In this document: piece by piece, positions 39,689 to 50,485 of the stretch
Position numbering within the stretch: the first letter of the stretch is position 1
How the letters are laid out: each line of letters opens with the position of its first letter
DNA from: an uncultured Myxococcales bacterium
Lineage (GTDB): Bacteria; Myxococcota; Kuafuiibacteriia; Kuafuiibacteriales; Kuafuiibacteriaceae
Reading direction: 5' to 3'
Assembly (NCBI GenBank): GCA_964473255.1
Contig: CAYYOT010000018.1
Span: forward strand, 1,153-65,152
Length of the DNA stretch: 64,000 bases
Program-made: the position numbers and the translations under genes
The notes under the pieces: model-generated
The model's input: the letters and a program-made list of their open reading frames with translations, nothing else
Told to the model about the DNA's origin: nothing
Database searches by the model: none

Positions 39689-39718
39689 GTGATAGAGAAA
39701 ATGGATCGGTTCTGACAA
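39689..39718 (-). promoter_or_regulatory. Putative sigma70 promoter of speD-speE
   Basis: Minus strand TTGTCA (39713-39718), 18 bp, TATCAC (39689-39694). Confidence 0.5.
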
Positions 39719-39724
39719 GAGTCT

Positions 39725-40423
39725 CTAGCCGTTTCCCGCGGCCGACTTGGGGGAGCGATCCCACACCCCGGCCGACTGGCCTCGCCAAAGATACCACGTG
39801 GCGATGCTCCGCCACGGACGATAGCGGGCCCCATACTCATCCATGCCCCGGATCTCGGGTCGCTCGCTCAGCTTCCGAGACGCCCTTACGGCATCCCGAA
39901 GACCGAGGTCCCCACCGGGCCAGACATCGGGCCGGTTCAAGGCGAACAGGAGAAACATCTGGGCCGTCCACAAACCGACGCCCTTCACGCCGGTGAGTAC
40001 GCCTATGATCTCCGCATCCGACATCCGCGCCAAGCGTCGCGTGGGAACACGGCCATCCGCGAAGTGTTCCGCCAGATCTCGAAGGTAGGTTCGCTTCTGT
40101 CGGCTGAGACCACACCAGCGCAAAGTGGCATCGTCGATTCGACCGTCGAGCACTTCCAAGACCCTCTGCGGAGTCGGACGGCGCTGCGGAAAGAGTCCCG
40201 TGAAGCGCCGATGCAGCGTGGCTGCCGTCTTCGTGGCGAGCTGCTGGTTGAATAGGCTCAGCGTCAGGACTCGGAAATAGTCCTTGCGCGGCCTCAAGGT
40301 GCAAGGACCGATGGCCAGCACGGCAGGCCGTAGCGTTCGACTCCGGACGAGCATCGCTTCCGCTTCGGCCCACGGTCGCCCTTCGACGCTGGTCTCGAAC
40401 CAGCCGAGATCTCGCGAGGTCAT
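39725..40423 (-). CDS. alkA: DNA-3-methyladenine glycosylase II (HhH-GPD family)
   Basis: QQLA, GLSRQK, VKGVGLWTAQMFL, RPDVWPGGDLG, YRPWRS. Confidence 0.88.
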   Translation of the reverse strand: MTSRDLGWFETSVEGRPWAEAEAMLVRSRTLRPAVLAIGPCTLRPRKDYFRVLTLSLFNQQLATKTAATLHRRFTGLFPQRRPTPQRVLEVLDGRIDDATLRWCGLSRQKRTYLRDLAEHFADGRVPTRRLARMSDAEIIGVLTGVKGVGLWTAQMFLLFALNRPDVWPGGDLGLRDAVRASRKLSERPEIRGMDEYGARYRPWRSIATWYLWRGQSAGVWDRSPKSAAGNG

Positions 40424-41091
40424 CGAGACCGATCAGGGTCGCGAGCCAAGACCGTGTCGAGCTGAGCCATCAGCTCTCGGAGGCGGGCCGCGTCCCGTCG
40501 AGCGCGACGGACCTGGTGCCAGCGCCATAGCGCCACGCTCACGACAAAGGTGGCCGGTCCGAGGAGGGGCGACATTCGGGTCACGACGACGAACGAGACC
40601 AAGAGCGCGCACAGTCCGAAGGCCAACGGGACCCAGGCCCGGGAACGCGACTCTCTCGTGACCTCGAGACTCGCACCCGCGCGATTCTCGTGCAGCTGGG
40701 CCCGGAGCACGGACGACGCCGGCGAACGAGGCCTTCCCGACCACATCGTGACCGTCCCGTTTCGCTCGAGCCGACCGGTCTCACCATCGGTGAGCGCGAG
40801 CCGCCCCCAGAGCAGCTCTCGCTGCTGGGTCGAAAGTCGCTCGTCGAAGAAGCGTCGCGCCTGAACGACGGAGGGTCCGAGCCACGGTACGTCGACCCTC
40901 ACCGCGGCCGGCGTTCCCTGCAGTTCGCGCCGTGCTCGGTCGACGGCGTCGGGATCGATACCGGCCTGCTCGGCCACCCGCCGAACCTCGTCCAGCGTCA
41001 GTCGACGGTCGAGGCCGCGCGCCTGCAGCTCGGAGGCTCGCTCGAGGAGCGCCCGCACCTCCTCCGGTGAAAATGTTCGGTCGTCGCCCAA
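40420..41091 (-). CDS. Hypothetical membrane protein
   Basis: FSPEEVRALLERA...LTLDEVRRVAEQAGIDP N-terminal domain and two C-terminal TMs; coupled to both neighbours. Confidence 0.7.
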   Translation of the reverse strand: MGDDRTFSPEEVRALLERASELQARGLDRRLTLDEVRRVAEQAGIDPDAVDRARRELQGTPAAVRVDVPWLGPSVVQARRFFDERLSTQQRELLWGRLALTDGETGRLERNGTVTMWSGRPRSPASSVLRAQLHENRAGASLEVTRESRSRAWVPLAFGLCALLVSFVVVTRMSPLLGPATFVVSVALWRWHQVRRARRDAARLRELMAQLDTVLARDPDRSR

Positions 41092-41094
41092 CGG

Positions 41095-41484
41095 TCAGTG
41101 CGCCTCGTCGAGACCGATCTCTTCGACCACGGCGATGACGTCCTTCACCTCGACGACGCGCAGGCGGTCGTCCCACGGGACGGCGAGCCCGTGCTTCTTG
41201 ACGAAGAGCACCCGCGCTCCGTCGGGCACGCCGGACACGTTCGTCCCAAACCCGTCCTCCTCCTCACCGGTCGCTCGGGCCACCGCAACCACCTCGGCGT
41301 ACGTCACCTCGGCCGAAGCTTCCTTGGCCCCGGCGGGCAGATAGAGGCCGGCGGAGGTGCGTGTTTCACCCGGCAACAAGCGCACGAGAACCCGTGGACC
41401 GAGCGGCATGACGTGTCGGGTTACGCGAGGCGGCGCGTCCTCGCCCTCGAGACTGACCGTCTCCTCTTCGTGTTCGTCGACCAT
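41095..41484 (-). CDS. groES: GroES/Cpn10-family protein (no adjacent groEL)
   Basis: MPLGPRVLVR, TSAGLYLP mobile-loop motif, VVAV, GARVLF. Confidence 0.75.
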   Translation of the reverse strand: MVDEHEEETVSLEGEDAPPRVTRHVMPLGPRVLVRLLPGETRTSAGLYLPAGAKEASAEVTYAEVVAVARATGEEEDGFGTNVSGVPDGARVLFVKKHGLAVPWDDRLRVVEVKDVIAVVEEIGLDEAH

Positions 41485-41674
41485 GCTCAGGCTTTAGGAA
41501 TTCGCATTGTTTGGGGTCCGACGTCCACAGCAGGCGGCCCGGCCCGGACCGTAACGCCACGAATTTCCACCACTTGGCGGTCTCCTCGGGCGTCGCAGCC
41601 CGCTCTCGACGCCCGCAGCGTCAGCGGGTCGACTCTGCGTGCAAGACCGGCGCTCGGAGCGTAAAATCCCGCCA

Positions 41675-42910
41675 GTGGGTCGGTTTGCCGTCAGCGTCTG
41701 GCACACCTGGTTGGAGCTCGCCCCGTGGTTCCTTTTGGGCGTAAGCGCCGCGATCGTCCTCCATCGCTACCTTCCGCGGAGTTTTGCCGAGCGCCGGCTT
41801 CGAGGTGCAGGCGGCGTCCCGACGGCGGTGGCGCTGGGTGTGCCGCTCCCGCTCTGCAGCTGCGGCGTCCTGCCCGCGGCGCTGGGGCTGCGCAAGCATG
41901 GCGCAAGCTCCGGAGCTTCGGTCGGGTTCCTGATCAGCACCCCGCAAACCGGGGTGGATTCCATCCTGGTGAGCGCCAGCTTTCTCGGATGGCCCTTCGC
42001 CGTGTTCAAGGTGGTCAGCGCAGCGGCGATGGGCCTCGTCGGCGGCTGGACGGCGGATGCCCTCGACCCACATCCGCCTCCGGCGACTCCCGCCGACTCG
42101 GGACCGGTCGCAACCCGGCCCACGTGGAGGGAGAGCTGGGCCCACGGCGTCGAGATCCTCGACATGGTTCTTCCTTGGGTGGTGCTGGGCGTCCTGATCT
42201 CGGCGGCGCTCGACGTGTTCATCCCAAGGAGCGCCTGGCTGATGACCGAGCAGCTCGGGGTCTTCGGCGGCATGGTCGTCGCGCTGGCGGTCGCGCTGCC
42301 TCTGTACGTCTGTGCGACCGGGTCGGTTCCGATCGCTGCCGCGCTCGTGGCGAACGGCCTGCCCGCCGGCGCCGCGCTCGTCTTCTTGATGGCGGGCCCC
42401 GCGACCAACGCCGGGACGGTCGGCGCGCTGGCCAAGCACTTTGGCCGCCGCGTGGCCGGGGTGTACGTCGCGACGATCGTCATCGGGTCGATCGGTCTCG
42501 GCTGGGCGTTCAGCCTGGTCTGGACCCCCGCGATTCGGACCGGTGCCGACCACGGCCACCACGCCTGGTGGGCCGTGGTGTCCGGAGCCACCCTTCTCGT
42601 CTTCACTCTCCGCTACGGACTCCAGCGCCTCCGTGCGTTCGGGGCGACCGATTCGGCACGAAAGGCGGCAGCCACCGGCGCGTCCTACGAGCTCGAAGTG
42701 GAGGGCATGACGTGCGGAGGATGCGTTCGGAAGGTCGAAGGCGCGCTCCGGGAGACCCCCGGAGTCGTGGCTGCCTTCGTCGAGCGCGAGCCGGGGCGCG
42801 CGGTCGTCGAGGGCACTGCAGCTCCCGAAATGCTGGTCGAGGCCGTGCGGCGCGTTGGTTTTCGGGCGCAGCCCAAGCTGGCTACGACCGCCGAGTCACG
42901 CCCCGGCTAG
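41675..42910 (+). CDS. DUF318-type permease (SO_0444-like metal efflux) with C-terminal HMA domain
   Basis: PLPLCSCGV, STPQTGVDS, PLYVCATG, AGPATN; HMA VEGMTCGGC; GTG 41675 lies 7 nt below TAAAAT. Confidence 0.88.
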   Translation: MGRFAVSVWHTWLELAPWFLLGVSAAIVLHRYLPRSFAERRLRGAGGVPTAVALGVPLPLCSCGVLPAALGLRKHGASSGASVGFLISTPQTGVDSILVSASFLGWPFAVFKVVSAAAMGLVGGWTADALDPHPPPATPADSGPVATRPTWRESWAHGVEILDMVLPWVVLGVLISAALDVFIPRSAWLMTEQLGVFGGMVVALAVALPLYVCATGSVPIAAALVANGLPAGAALVFLMAGPATNAGTVGALAKHFGRRVAGVYVATIVIGSIGLGWAFSLVWTPAIRTGADHGHHAWWAVVSGATLLVFTLRYGLQRLRAFGATDSARKAAATGASYELEVEGMTCGGCVRKVEGALRETPGVVAAFVEREPGRAVVEGTAAPEMLVEAVRRVGFRAQPKLATTAESRPG

Positions 42911-44300
42911 TCCGGCGCCGCCGCCGACCGACGGCCACACTCAGCGCCAGGAGTGAAGAGACGACCAGCACGGAGAATGCCTGACGAACGATGTCGGCGA
43001 GCTCCGCGGGGTGAGCATGGATGTCGCCGTTACCGATCCGTCCGGCGATCAGCACGGCGGCGACCATCATCCCACTGACCATGCCCAGGTGCCGCGACAT
43101 CGCAGCCATCGCTCCCGCCCGCCCCACTTCGTCCGGCCGAACGCTGTTCATGATGGTGGTGATGTTGGCCGAGGCAAAGAGTCCGAACCCCAGTCCCTGG
43201 AGCCCCATCAGGACCGCGACGCGAAGGATGGGGGTCTCGGGACCGAGCGTCGCCCCAAGCACGGAGGATACGGCCACCGCAACGACCCCGAACGTCGAGA
43301 TGAGCGTCGGCCGCAGACGGTCGGCAAAGCGCCCCGCGAGAGGGGAGACCGCGGCCATGACCACCGTTCCGATGGCCAGGACCTGCCCGGAGATGCGCGA
43401 GGGATAGCCGAGGGTGACCTGCATCAAGAGACTCAACATGAAGACGGTGCAGAACGCGTTCATGTAGAGGAGAAGCTGTACGAGCAGAGCGGAACGAAGG
43501 GGTCGATTTTCGGCCAGGCGAGCGACGTCCAGCACCGGCTTCGAGATCTTGCGCTGCCGCCATAAAAAGACAGCGAAGAAGAACGCTCCGAATCCGATGA
43601 GCGCGATACCGAACGCGCCCGTTCGCGCGTGCGCCGTCCCCAAGACCAGGCTCAGCACCGCCAGCACCAAGACCCCGACGCTCACCGGGTCGGGTCCTCG
43701 ACTCGGCCAGCGTCCTCGAGACGGCATGATCCGCTCTACGAAGGCCGCCCCGGCGAGGAGCACCGTTCCGCCGACAAAGAATACCCCGCGCCAACCCGCA
43801 GCCTCGACGATGAGCCCGGCGCACACCGGCCCCAAGGCCAATCCGGAGTAGATGGTTCCCATGGAGATGCCGAAGACGCGCCCCCGACGATCGGGCGGCA
43901 CCAGGTCGGCGACGATTCCGGCGCCGGTCGAGGCGATCATGGAAGCGGAGACGCCCTGTAGAAAGCGCATGACGAGAATGAGTCCGACCGACGAGCTGAA
44001 TCCGATGACGAGCGAAATGAGACCGAATCCGAGAAGTCCGAGCTTGTAGAGCGTTCGCTTGTCGGTCGCGTCAGCCAGCTGTCCTGCGGGAAGCATGAAG
44101 CTCAAGCTCCCCGCCAAGAAGAGGGTCTCGATCAGACCGAGACTGGCCGCGCCCGCACCGAGGTCGGAGCCCAGGTCGGGCAGCAGGACGGCAACCCCGG
44201 AAAACATGAACGGTGGGGCGAACTGCGAGGCGATCACGGCGGCCAGGATCGGTCGACGCCGAACGGGCGCGCGGCCGTCGGATGCGGATGGTCGATGCAT
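42882..44300 (-). CDS. MFS transporter (DHA2-like)
   Basis: Motif A-like GQLADATDKR, RFLQG, RRGRVFG, GWR; start MHRP at 44300. Confidence 0.88.
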   Translation of the reverse strand: MHRPSASDGRAPVRRRPILAAVIASQFAPPFMFSGVAVLLPDLGSDLGAGAASLGLIETLFLAGSLSFMLPAGQLADATDKRTLYKLGLLGFGLISLVIGFSSSVGLILVMRFLQGVSASMIASTGAGIVADLVPPDRRGRVFGISMGTIYSGLALGPVCAGLIVEAAGWRGVFFVGGTVLLAGAAFVERIMPSRGRWPSRGPDPVSVGVLVLAVLSLVLGTAHARTGAFGIALIGFGAFFFAVFLWRQRKISKPVLDVARLAENRPLRSALLVQLLLYMNAFCTVFMLSLLMQVTLGYPSRISGQVLAIGTVVMAAVSPLAGRFADRLRPTLISTFGVVAVAVSSVLGATLGPETPILRVAVLMGLQGLGFGLFASANITTIMNSVRPDEVGRAGAMAAMSRHLGMVSGMMVAAVLIAGRIGNGDIHAHPAELADIVRQAFSVLVVSSLLALSVAVGRRRRRTSRGVTRRS

Positions 44301-44322
44301 GACACGCAAGGCGGGCCTCGAC

Positions 44323-44940
44323 TCACCGCAGCGGTCGCTGGAAGTGTTGATAATCGCGCAACGTGCGCCAGGTACCACCCCAATCGAAGCCCTCGGCTCG
44401 AAACGCGGACACCACCGAAGCATCCACCCGGGCGGGGTGGTCGAGGGATCGGTCGGTCCACGTTCGACCTTCCTCGGGGCGGACGACCGCACCTTTGACG
44501 TACGGATTGTAGAGCGGATTGAGATCGATCGCCCGACCGTAGGCGTGGGAGCTGAAGCCGCGACGCGCGCCGGTCACCGGACGACAGTTGAAGGCCGACG
44601 TGTTGTTCGCGCGCATGGAAGCGGCGTCGTCACCGGCGAAATCGCTCGCCGGCGTCATCCGCTCGATGGGATAGCCGAGCTCGTAGAGGACTCGAAAGAC
44701 CCGAACGACGGGCTCTGCGATCCGCGCGTGCACGATGAGCTCTCCCATTCGACGTCGCCCATCGAAGCCTCGATGCGCCACCCGCACGCGCCGAAGGTCG
44801 GAGGGTGACACCGGACACCCGGGGTGAAGAGTCGTCCCCTGCATGCGCTCGAGACGCTCGCGAGGAACCGGGGTCACTTCCGATACGAAGGACTCGGTAG
44901 AGACGGCAGCCAGCAGCAAGATCCAATACCCCACGAACAT
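44323..44940 (-). CDS. M15 family metallopeptidase (peptidoglycan D,D/L,D-peptidase)
   Basis: Signal peptide; NNTSAFNCR, SSHAYGRAIDLNP, WGG.W..RDYQHF. Confidence 0.9.
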   Translation of the reverse strand: MFVGYWILLLAAVSTESFVSEVTPVPRERLERMQGTTLHPGCPVSPSDLRRVRVAHRGFDGRRRMGELIVHARIAEPVVRVFRVLYELGYPIERMTPASDFAGDDAASMRANNTSAFNCRPVTGARRGFSSHAYGRAIDLNPLYNPYVKGAVVRPEEGRTWTDRSLDHPARVDASVVSAFRAEGFDWGGTWRTLRDYQHFQRPLR

Positions 44941-44943
44941 CCT

Positions 44944-45936
44944 CTAATCTGCAGAGTCGATGCCGAAAGCCCGGAGCAGCTCGAGCGCTCCGTGCGTGGG
45001 CGTGATCTCGCCGGCGATGACTCTGGTTTCCACCTGCCTTCGCCGCTTCTTGACCTCGGAGTGGTCTTCGAATGCCGTCTTCAGCCCGTCCTCGACCGCG
45101 GAGCGCAGCCAATAGCCGAGCTGCTCCTTGCGCCGTTGAGCGAGGACACCCGATGCCGTTCCCGTCGAGCGGTGTTCGAGCACGTCACGCCAAACGTCGT
45201 CGATGCCCGCCCCTTCGCGGGCACTCACCGTGTGGACGGACGGCGTCCAGGCGGAGCCTCGGGGCGTGAAGAGCGAAAGAGCGCTCCGCAGCTCGCCGGC
45301 GGCGGTCGCCGCCCGAAGCCGGTTATCACCGTCCGCCTTGGTGACGGCCAGGATGTCGGCCCACTCCAAGACCCCTCGCTTGATGCCCTGGATTTCGTCT
45401 CCCGCCCCGGCGAGCATCAGCAAGAGAAACGTATCGACCATCATGGCGACCGCCGCTTCGGACTGTCCTACGCCGACGGTCTCGACGAGCACGACATCGT
45501 AGCCCGCCGCTTCGCAGACCAGCAGGGTCTCCCGGGTTCGCCGCCCGACTCCGCCCAAGGCTCCGGCGGATGGCGATGGCCGGATGAACGCCCCCGAGTG
45601 CCGGCTCAACCGCTGCATGCGTGTCTTGTCGGCGAGAATGCTTCCTCCCGTCCGCTCCGAACTCGGGTCGACGGCCAGCACCGCAACCCGGCTTCCATCT
45701 TCGACCAGCCGCATTCCCAACGCCTCGATGAACGTGCTCTTACCGACGCCCGGAGGTCCGCTGATTCCAACCCGTACTCCGTCCGGGTTGACCGGTAGGA
45801 GCTCGAGGAGCTCCTGGGCCTGTCGCCGATGATCCGGTCGCCGACTCTCGACCAGCGTGATCGCTTGTCCGAGCGCCGCTCGGTCCCCGGTCGGGAGCCG
45901 CGAAGCCAGCGCCGCCGGCCCCAGCCGCTCGCGCAT
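44944..45936 (-). CDS. meaB: Methylmalonyl-CoA mutase-associated GTPase
   Basis: GPPGVGKST, AVDPSS..TGGSILADKTRM, ETVGVGQSE, TKAD. Confidence 0.95.
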   Translation of the reverse strand: MRERLGPAALASRLPTGDRAALGQAITLVESRRPDHRRQAQELLELLPVNPDGVRVGISGPPGVGKSTFIEALGMRLVEDGSRVAVLAVDPSSERTGGSILADKTRMQRLSRHSGAFIRPSPSAGALGGVGRRTRETLLVCEAAGYDVVLVETVGVGQSEAAVAMMVDTFLLLMLAGAGDEIQGIKRGVLEWADILAVTKADGDNRLRAATAAGELRSALSLFTPRGSAWTPSVHTVSAREGAGIDDVWRDVLEHRSTGTASGVLAQRRKEQLGYWLRSAVEDGLKTAFEDHSEVKKRRRQVETRVIAGEITPTHGALELLRAFGIDSAD

Positions 45937-48025
45937 CAGCCGTCGTCCGGCGCGAGGTCGCGGGTGAGAGACTCGACGAGTTCGGCCGCCGCCTCGGCGA
46001 TGACCGTTCCCGGCCCGAACACGGCGGCAACACCGAGTTCATGAAGGGTCTCGTAGTCGTCCGGAGGAATGACGCCGCCAACGACGACCTTCACGTCGGA
46101 CCGCCCGAGCGCGCGGAGCCCCTGGATCAGCTCGGGCACCAGGGTGAGATGGCCCGCGGCCAAAGAGCTCACCCCGACGATGTGGACGTCGTTTTCGACC
46201 GCCTGCTTGGCGGACTCCTCCGGGGTCTGAAACAGCGGCCCGATGTCGACGTCGAACCCCAGGTCGGCGAATGCCGAAGCGATCACCTTCTGTCCGCGGT
46301 CGTGGCCGTCCTGTCCCATTTTGGCCACGAGGATCCGCGGACGCCGGCCTTCGAGCGCCACGAAGCGCTCGACGAGTTCAGCGCACTTCACGGCGTTTTC
46401 GTCCTCGCCGAGCTCTTGCTTGTAGATGCCTCGAACCGCCTCGATCTTCGCCTCATGCCGTCCGAATACCTTCTCCAAAGCGTAGCTTATCTCGCCGACC
46501 GTCGCCCGGCGTCGAGCCGCTTCGATGCTCAGCTCGAGCAGGTTACCCTGACCACGCTCCGCCGCCGTCGTCAGGTCGTCGAGGGCCCGTTCGACCTCTC
46601 GATCGTCGCGCTCGGCCCGAAGTCGACGCAACCGCTCCACCTGCCCCTGGAGGACCGCGCGATTGTCGACCTTGAGCACCTCGACCTTCTCCGGCTCCTG
46701 CAAACGGAACCGATTGAGCCCGATGATGGTCTGTTGCCCCGCATCGATCCGAGCCTGAGTCCGCGCCGCGGCTTCTTCGATCCTCAGCTTGGGTAAGCCG
46801 CGTTCGATCGCTTCCGCCATGCCTCCGAGCTCCCTGACTTCGTCGATGTGCCCCCGCGCCCGCTCGATGAGGCGCGCGGTGAGAGCCTCGACATAGTGGC
46901 TTCCGCCCCAAGGATCGATCGTGCGACAGACGCCGGCTTCCTCCTGCAGGACGAGCTGCGTGTTGCGGGCGATCCGAGCCGAGAAGTCGGTGGGCAGAGC
47001 CAGGGCTTCGTCGAAGGAGTTCGTGTGCAGCGACTGGGTGTGGCCATGGACCGCTGCCATCGCCTCGATCGCCGTTCGGGTGACGTTGTTGTAGACGTCC
47101 TGCGCGGTCAGGCTCCACCCGGAGGTCTGGCAGTGCGTGCGGAGCGCGAGCGACTTAGGATTGGCCGGAGCGAACGCGGAAACGAGGCGAGACCAAAGGA
47201 CTCTCGCCGCCCGGAGCTTGGCGACTTCCATGAAGTAGTTGATGCCCATCCCGAAGAAGAAGGAGAGTCGGGGAGCAAAGTCGTCGATCGATAAGCGAGG
47301 TCCGCGGTCGCGCCCGCCTCCTGCATGTGATAGCCGGATATCGAAATGCTGTTGAACTTCGGCATCTTGGCCGCCGTGAAGGCGAAGATGTCGCTGATGA
47401 TCCGCATGGAAGGCTTCGGCGGGTAGATATACGTGTTGCGGACCATGAACTCTTTGAGGATGTCGTTCTGAATCGTCCCCGATAGGGCTTTTGAAGCGAC
47501 GCCCTGCTCTTCGGCTGCCACGACGTAAAGAGCCATCACCGGCAGGACCGCACCGTTCATCGTCATCGACACGCTCATGCGGTCGAGAGGAATCCCGGCG
47601 AAAAGAACCTCCATGTCGAGAATACTGTCGATGGCGACTCCCGCCATGCCCACATCGCCGCCGACCCGCGGGTGGTCGCTGTCGTAGCCTCGGTGAGTCG
47701 CGAGGTCGAAGGCCACGGACAAGCCGCGTTGTCCGGAAGCCAGGTTTCGGCGGTAGAAAGCGTTGCTCGCTTCCGCGGTCGAAAAGCCGGCGTACTGTCG
47801 GAGCGTCCAGGGTCGCGTCCGGTACATCGTGGCATACGGCCCGCGAGCGAAGGGTGCGAACCCTGGAAGGCCCCCCAAGTGGTCGAGGTCTTCATCGCCT
47901 TCCGGTCCGTAGGCAGCGTCGATCTCGATGCCCTCCGGCGTGGTCCAGGCCGGCGCTTCCGGTCGGGACGCCGGCCGCCGGGGCCCGAGCTGCACATCAC
48001 GATACGAAGAAGGTAGACGGCTCAT
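45936..48025 (-). pseudogene. scpA: Methylmalonyl-CoA mutase large subunit, interrupted by a ~20-codon frameshifting deletion near 47293
   Basis: 5' part has [26 protein letters not shown]; 3' part in another frame reads [14 protein letters not shown]...[15 protein letters not shown]. The intervening ELAYTLADG.EY segment is absent. Confidence 0.88.
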
Positions 48026-49974
48026 CGGGACTCCTCCCACTGGGTCCAAAGCGACTCGAGAAAGGCGAGCGCATTGTCTTTGGCGCTGATGAAGCGACCG
48101 TTCGGACCGGCATCCACGCCATCCAGGGGCCGGCCAGCGACGATGACGAGCTGCGCTCCCGCGTCGGCGAGCGCTCGCGCCATGCCTTCGGCGCCGGCCC
48201 GATAGGCTTCATCCGTCCCGCACAAGCAAGCGAAGGCGGCGCCGGAGTCGGCGAAGGCCTCGGCGCAGGCGGCCGGAGCATCGCATTCGGGTCCTTCGAT
48301 CACGCCGAATGCCCCCGCGATGAAGAGGTTCCGGGCCCAGACCGACCGCGCGGTGAAGTCCGCGCGGCGCCCCAGGTTGGCCAAAAAGACCCGAGGCAGC
48401 TCTCGGCCCTCCGCGCGGTGGCGGGAAGCGCGGCGGCGAAGCCCTTCGAACTCGTCCGCCCACCGCACGAAGGGCAAAGGGGGAACCACCTCGAAGGATG
48501 TTCCCGAGCCCGGGTCGAAGATCGGTCCGTCATCCGCCACCCGCTCGACGATCGACGACCAAGGACCAACGATGACGAAACACGGCTGCTCATCTCGCTG
48601 CTCTTCGTCGTCGGCCGCTGGCGGGGGCTCATCGTCGGGATTGGGGAAGGCGTTGACGCCGACGATGGCCCGACGGCGGTGAGCCACGTCGAGAAAAGCG
48701 CGCTCGCGCTGGCTGCGGATCTCGTCCTGCCAGCGGCCGATCTGCACCGCGGTCTGAAGCCCGCCTTCCGACTCGAACCGCTGAAAGCGGGACCACGCGG
48801 CCGACGCTATCGCCTCCGTGCGTGCCTCGACGTGATACGACCCCCCGGCCGGATCGATCACACGGTGCAGGTGGGACTCCTGTCGCAAGATGAGATGGAG
48901 GTTCCGGGCCAGGCGCCGGGCCAGCGACGAAGCCGCCCCTCGCGCCAGGTCGAAGGGAATCGTCACCATCGCATCGGCGCCGCCGATGGCGCCCGCCGTC
49001 GCCGCCGCCACCACACGCAGCTGATTGGTCTCCACGTCGCTGAGGGTCAGCATGCTGCGGCTGGGCAGCGCTTCGATGAAGGGTCGAGCGCGGATTCCTC
49101 CGGCCTCCAGGGCTCGGTCGAAGACGCGACGGGTCGCCCGGAGGAGAGCGACCCCTTCGAAGACATCGGCGTCGAGGCTGACCCTGAGCTCGGTTGCGCT
49201 GACCGCTCGCTCGATCTCGACGCCGAGATCGGTCCAGCGTCGCCACCGCTCGACCGCTTCCGCCAAGACCGCCGCCAGCTGCAGGTCGGGGCTGGCTCCC
49301 GCCTCGCTCCAGACCGTCCCATCGATGCGGGCGACGCGGAAGCCGGGGCCCGCCGCTGCCAAGAGGTCGAGGGTGGCCGCTTCCAGCTGCCCGAGCGACG
49401 AGGGCAGCGAACCGAGGCGAGCCCGGGCTGCCATCCAGTCGGTGCCCGCGCACCCGCGCAGCTCGCCCGGCGCGTGCCCTGCCTTCTCCACCGCGCGCAG
49501 AAGGGCCGCGGCCAGAGGCAGAGCCGCCGGACCTGCATCCAAAACGATGGCGGGCAGGCGCTCGACGTCACCAAGAACACGCTCAAGATCCGACGGTCGA
49601 CGAACGACGAGCCCCGTACCCCAGGCCGGGTCGAACCTCTCGCGACTCCCCGCGAGGACCAGGACGACGGCATCGGCCCCCCCCGCGACCTCTTCGCCGA
49701 TCTGGAGCGCAGCGTTCTCGGGCTCCGGTCCAAAGAGCGGGCTCCGGATCTGCCATCCCCGAGGTTCGGTGCGAAACGATCGCGTCGCGGTCCACGGGGC
49801 GAAAGCGTGCGCCGGAACGCTCGCGGCGAGCTCCAGCGGCTCGACGCCCCACCCGTCGGGCGTGGGCAGTCGGAGGGCCTGAAGCTCCCGTCCGCCCGTC
49901 ACTCGCCGCACCTCCTCGAGGTACTCGGCCCATCGGGGGTCCCCGAACGATTCGACACCCGTCACTTCGCGCAC
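48022..49974 (-). CDS. mutA: Methylmalonyl-CoA mutase small subunit
   Basis: [33 protein letters not shown], degenerate B12 domain lacking DxHxxG; ATGA overlap with the large subunit; start approximate. Confidence 0.88.
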   Translation of the reverse strand: MREVTGVESFGDPRWAEYLEEVRRVTGGRELQALRLPTPDGWGVEPLELAASVPAHAFAPWTATRSFRTEPRGWQIRSPLFGPEPENAALQIGEEVAGGADAVVLVLAGSRERFDPAWGTGLVVRRPSDLERVLGDVERLPAIVLDAGPAALPLAAALLRAVEKAGHAPGELRGCAGTDWMAARARLGSLPSSLGQLEAATLDLLAAAGPGFRVARIDGTVWSEAGASPDLQLAAVLAEAVERWRRWTDLGVEIERAVSATELRVSLDADVFEGVALLRATRRVFDRALEAGGIRARPFIEALPSRSMLTLSDVETNQLRVVAAATAGAIGGADAMVTIPFDLARGAASSLARRLARNLHLILRQESHLHRVIDPAGGSYHVEARTEAIASAAWSRFQRFESEGGLQTAVQIGRWQDEIRSQRERAFLDVAHRRRAIVGVNAFPNPDDEPPPAADDEEQRDEQPCFVIVGPWSSIVERVADDGPIFDPGSGTSFEVVPPLPFVRWADEFEGLRRRASRHRAEGRELPRVFLANLGRRADFTARSVWARNLFIAGAFGVIEGPECDAPAACAEAFADSGAAFACLCGTDEAYRAGAEGMARALADAGAQLVIVAGRPLDGVDAGPNGRFISAKDNALAFLESLWTQWEESR

Positions 49975-50143
49975 GGCCCCATTCGATGCCGCGACCGTGG
50001 CCAGGTCAAGGCGGACGCGACCTGCTCGGTCACTCGGGCTCGGTCGCACCCGTCCGCCGGGCCCGAGAGAAGCTCTTCGGGGGATCATGCGGGAACCCAG
50101 GCCTCGGGGGACAGGGGGAATCGCGCGTGGCATCCTCGACCGC

Positions 50144-50485
50144 ATGATCGAGCTCGAAGCCGAGGCCCCGATGAATCGCTACCAAGCCTACATCCACGAG
50201 TTGGAGGCCATGCACGGCTGGCTGGACGTCGACCTCGTCCACAACTGCTTCTTGATGGGCGAAGAAGTCGGGGAGCTCTTCAAGGCGGTTCGACGCTTCG
50301 AGAAGTACTACCGTTCGTCGACGGCCGAAGCGCCAGCGCAGGCCGATGCTCGCGCCCACGTGGCCGAGGAGATCGTGGACGTCTTCAACTACTTGATCGC
50401 GATCGCCAATCGACTCGAGATCGACCTGGAGGACGCTTTTCGCGCGAAGAACGCGAAGAACCAAGAGCGCCGCTGGATCACATGA
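50144..50485 (+). CDS. MazG-like nucleotide pyrophosphohydrolase
   Basis: EEVGEL...EEIVD metal motif and KNAKNQER. Confidence 0.85.
   Translation: MIELEAEAPMNRYQAYIHELEAMHGWLDVDLVHNCFLMGEEVGELFKAVRRFEKYYRSSTAEAPAQADARAHVAEEIVDVFNYLIAIANRLEIDLEDAFRAKNAKNQERRWIT

Noticed and set aside
49975-50143. Possible cobalamin riboswitch upstream of mutA; hairpin GGCGGAC/GTCCGCC near 50010-50058
   Set aside because: No B12 box or conserved core; a GC-only stem is expected by chance, and a TTGACC promoter-like element lies downstream of it.
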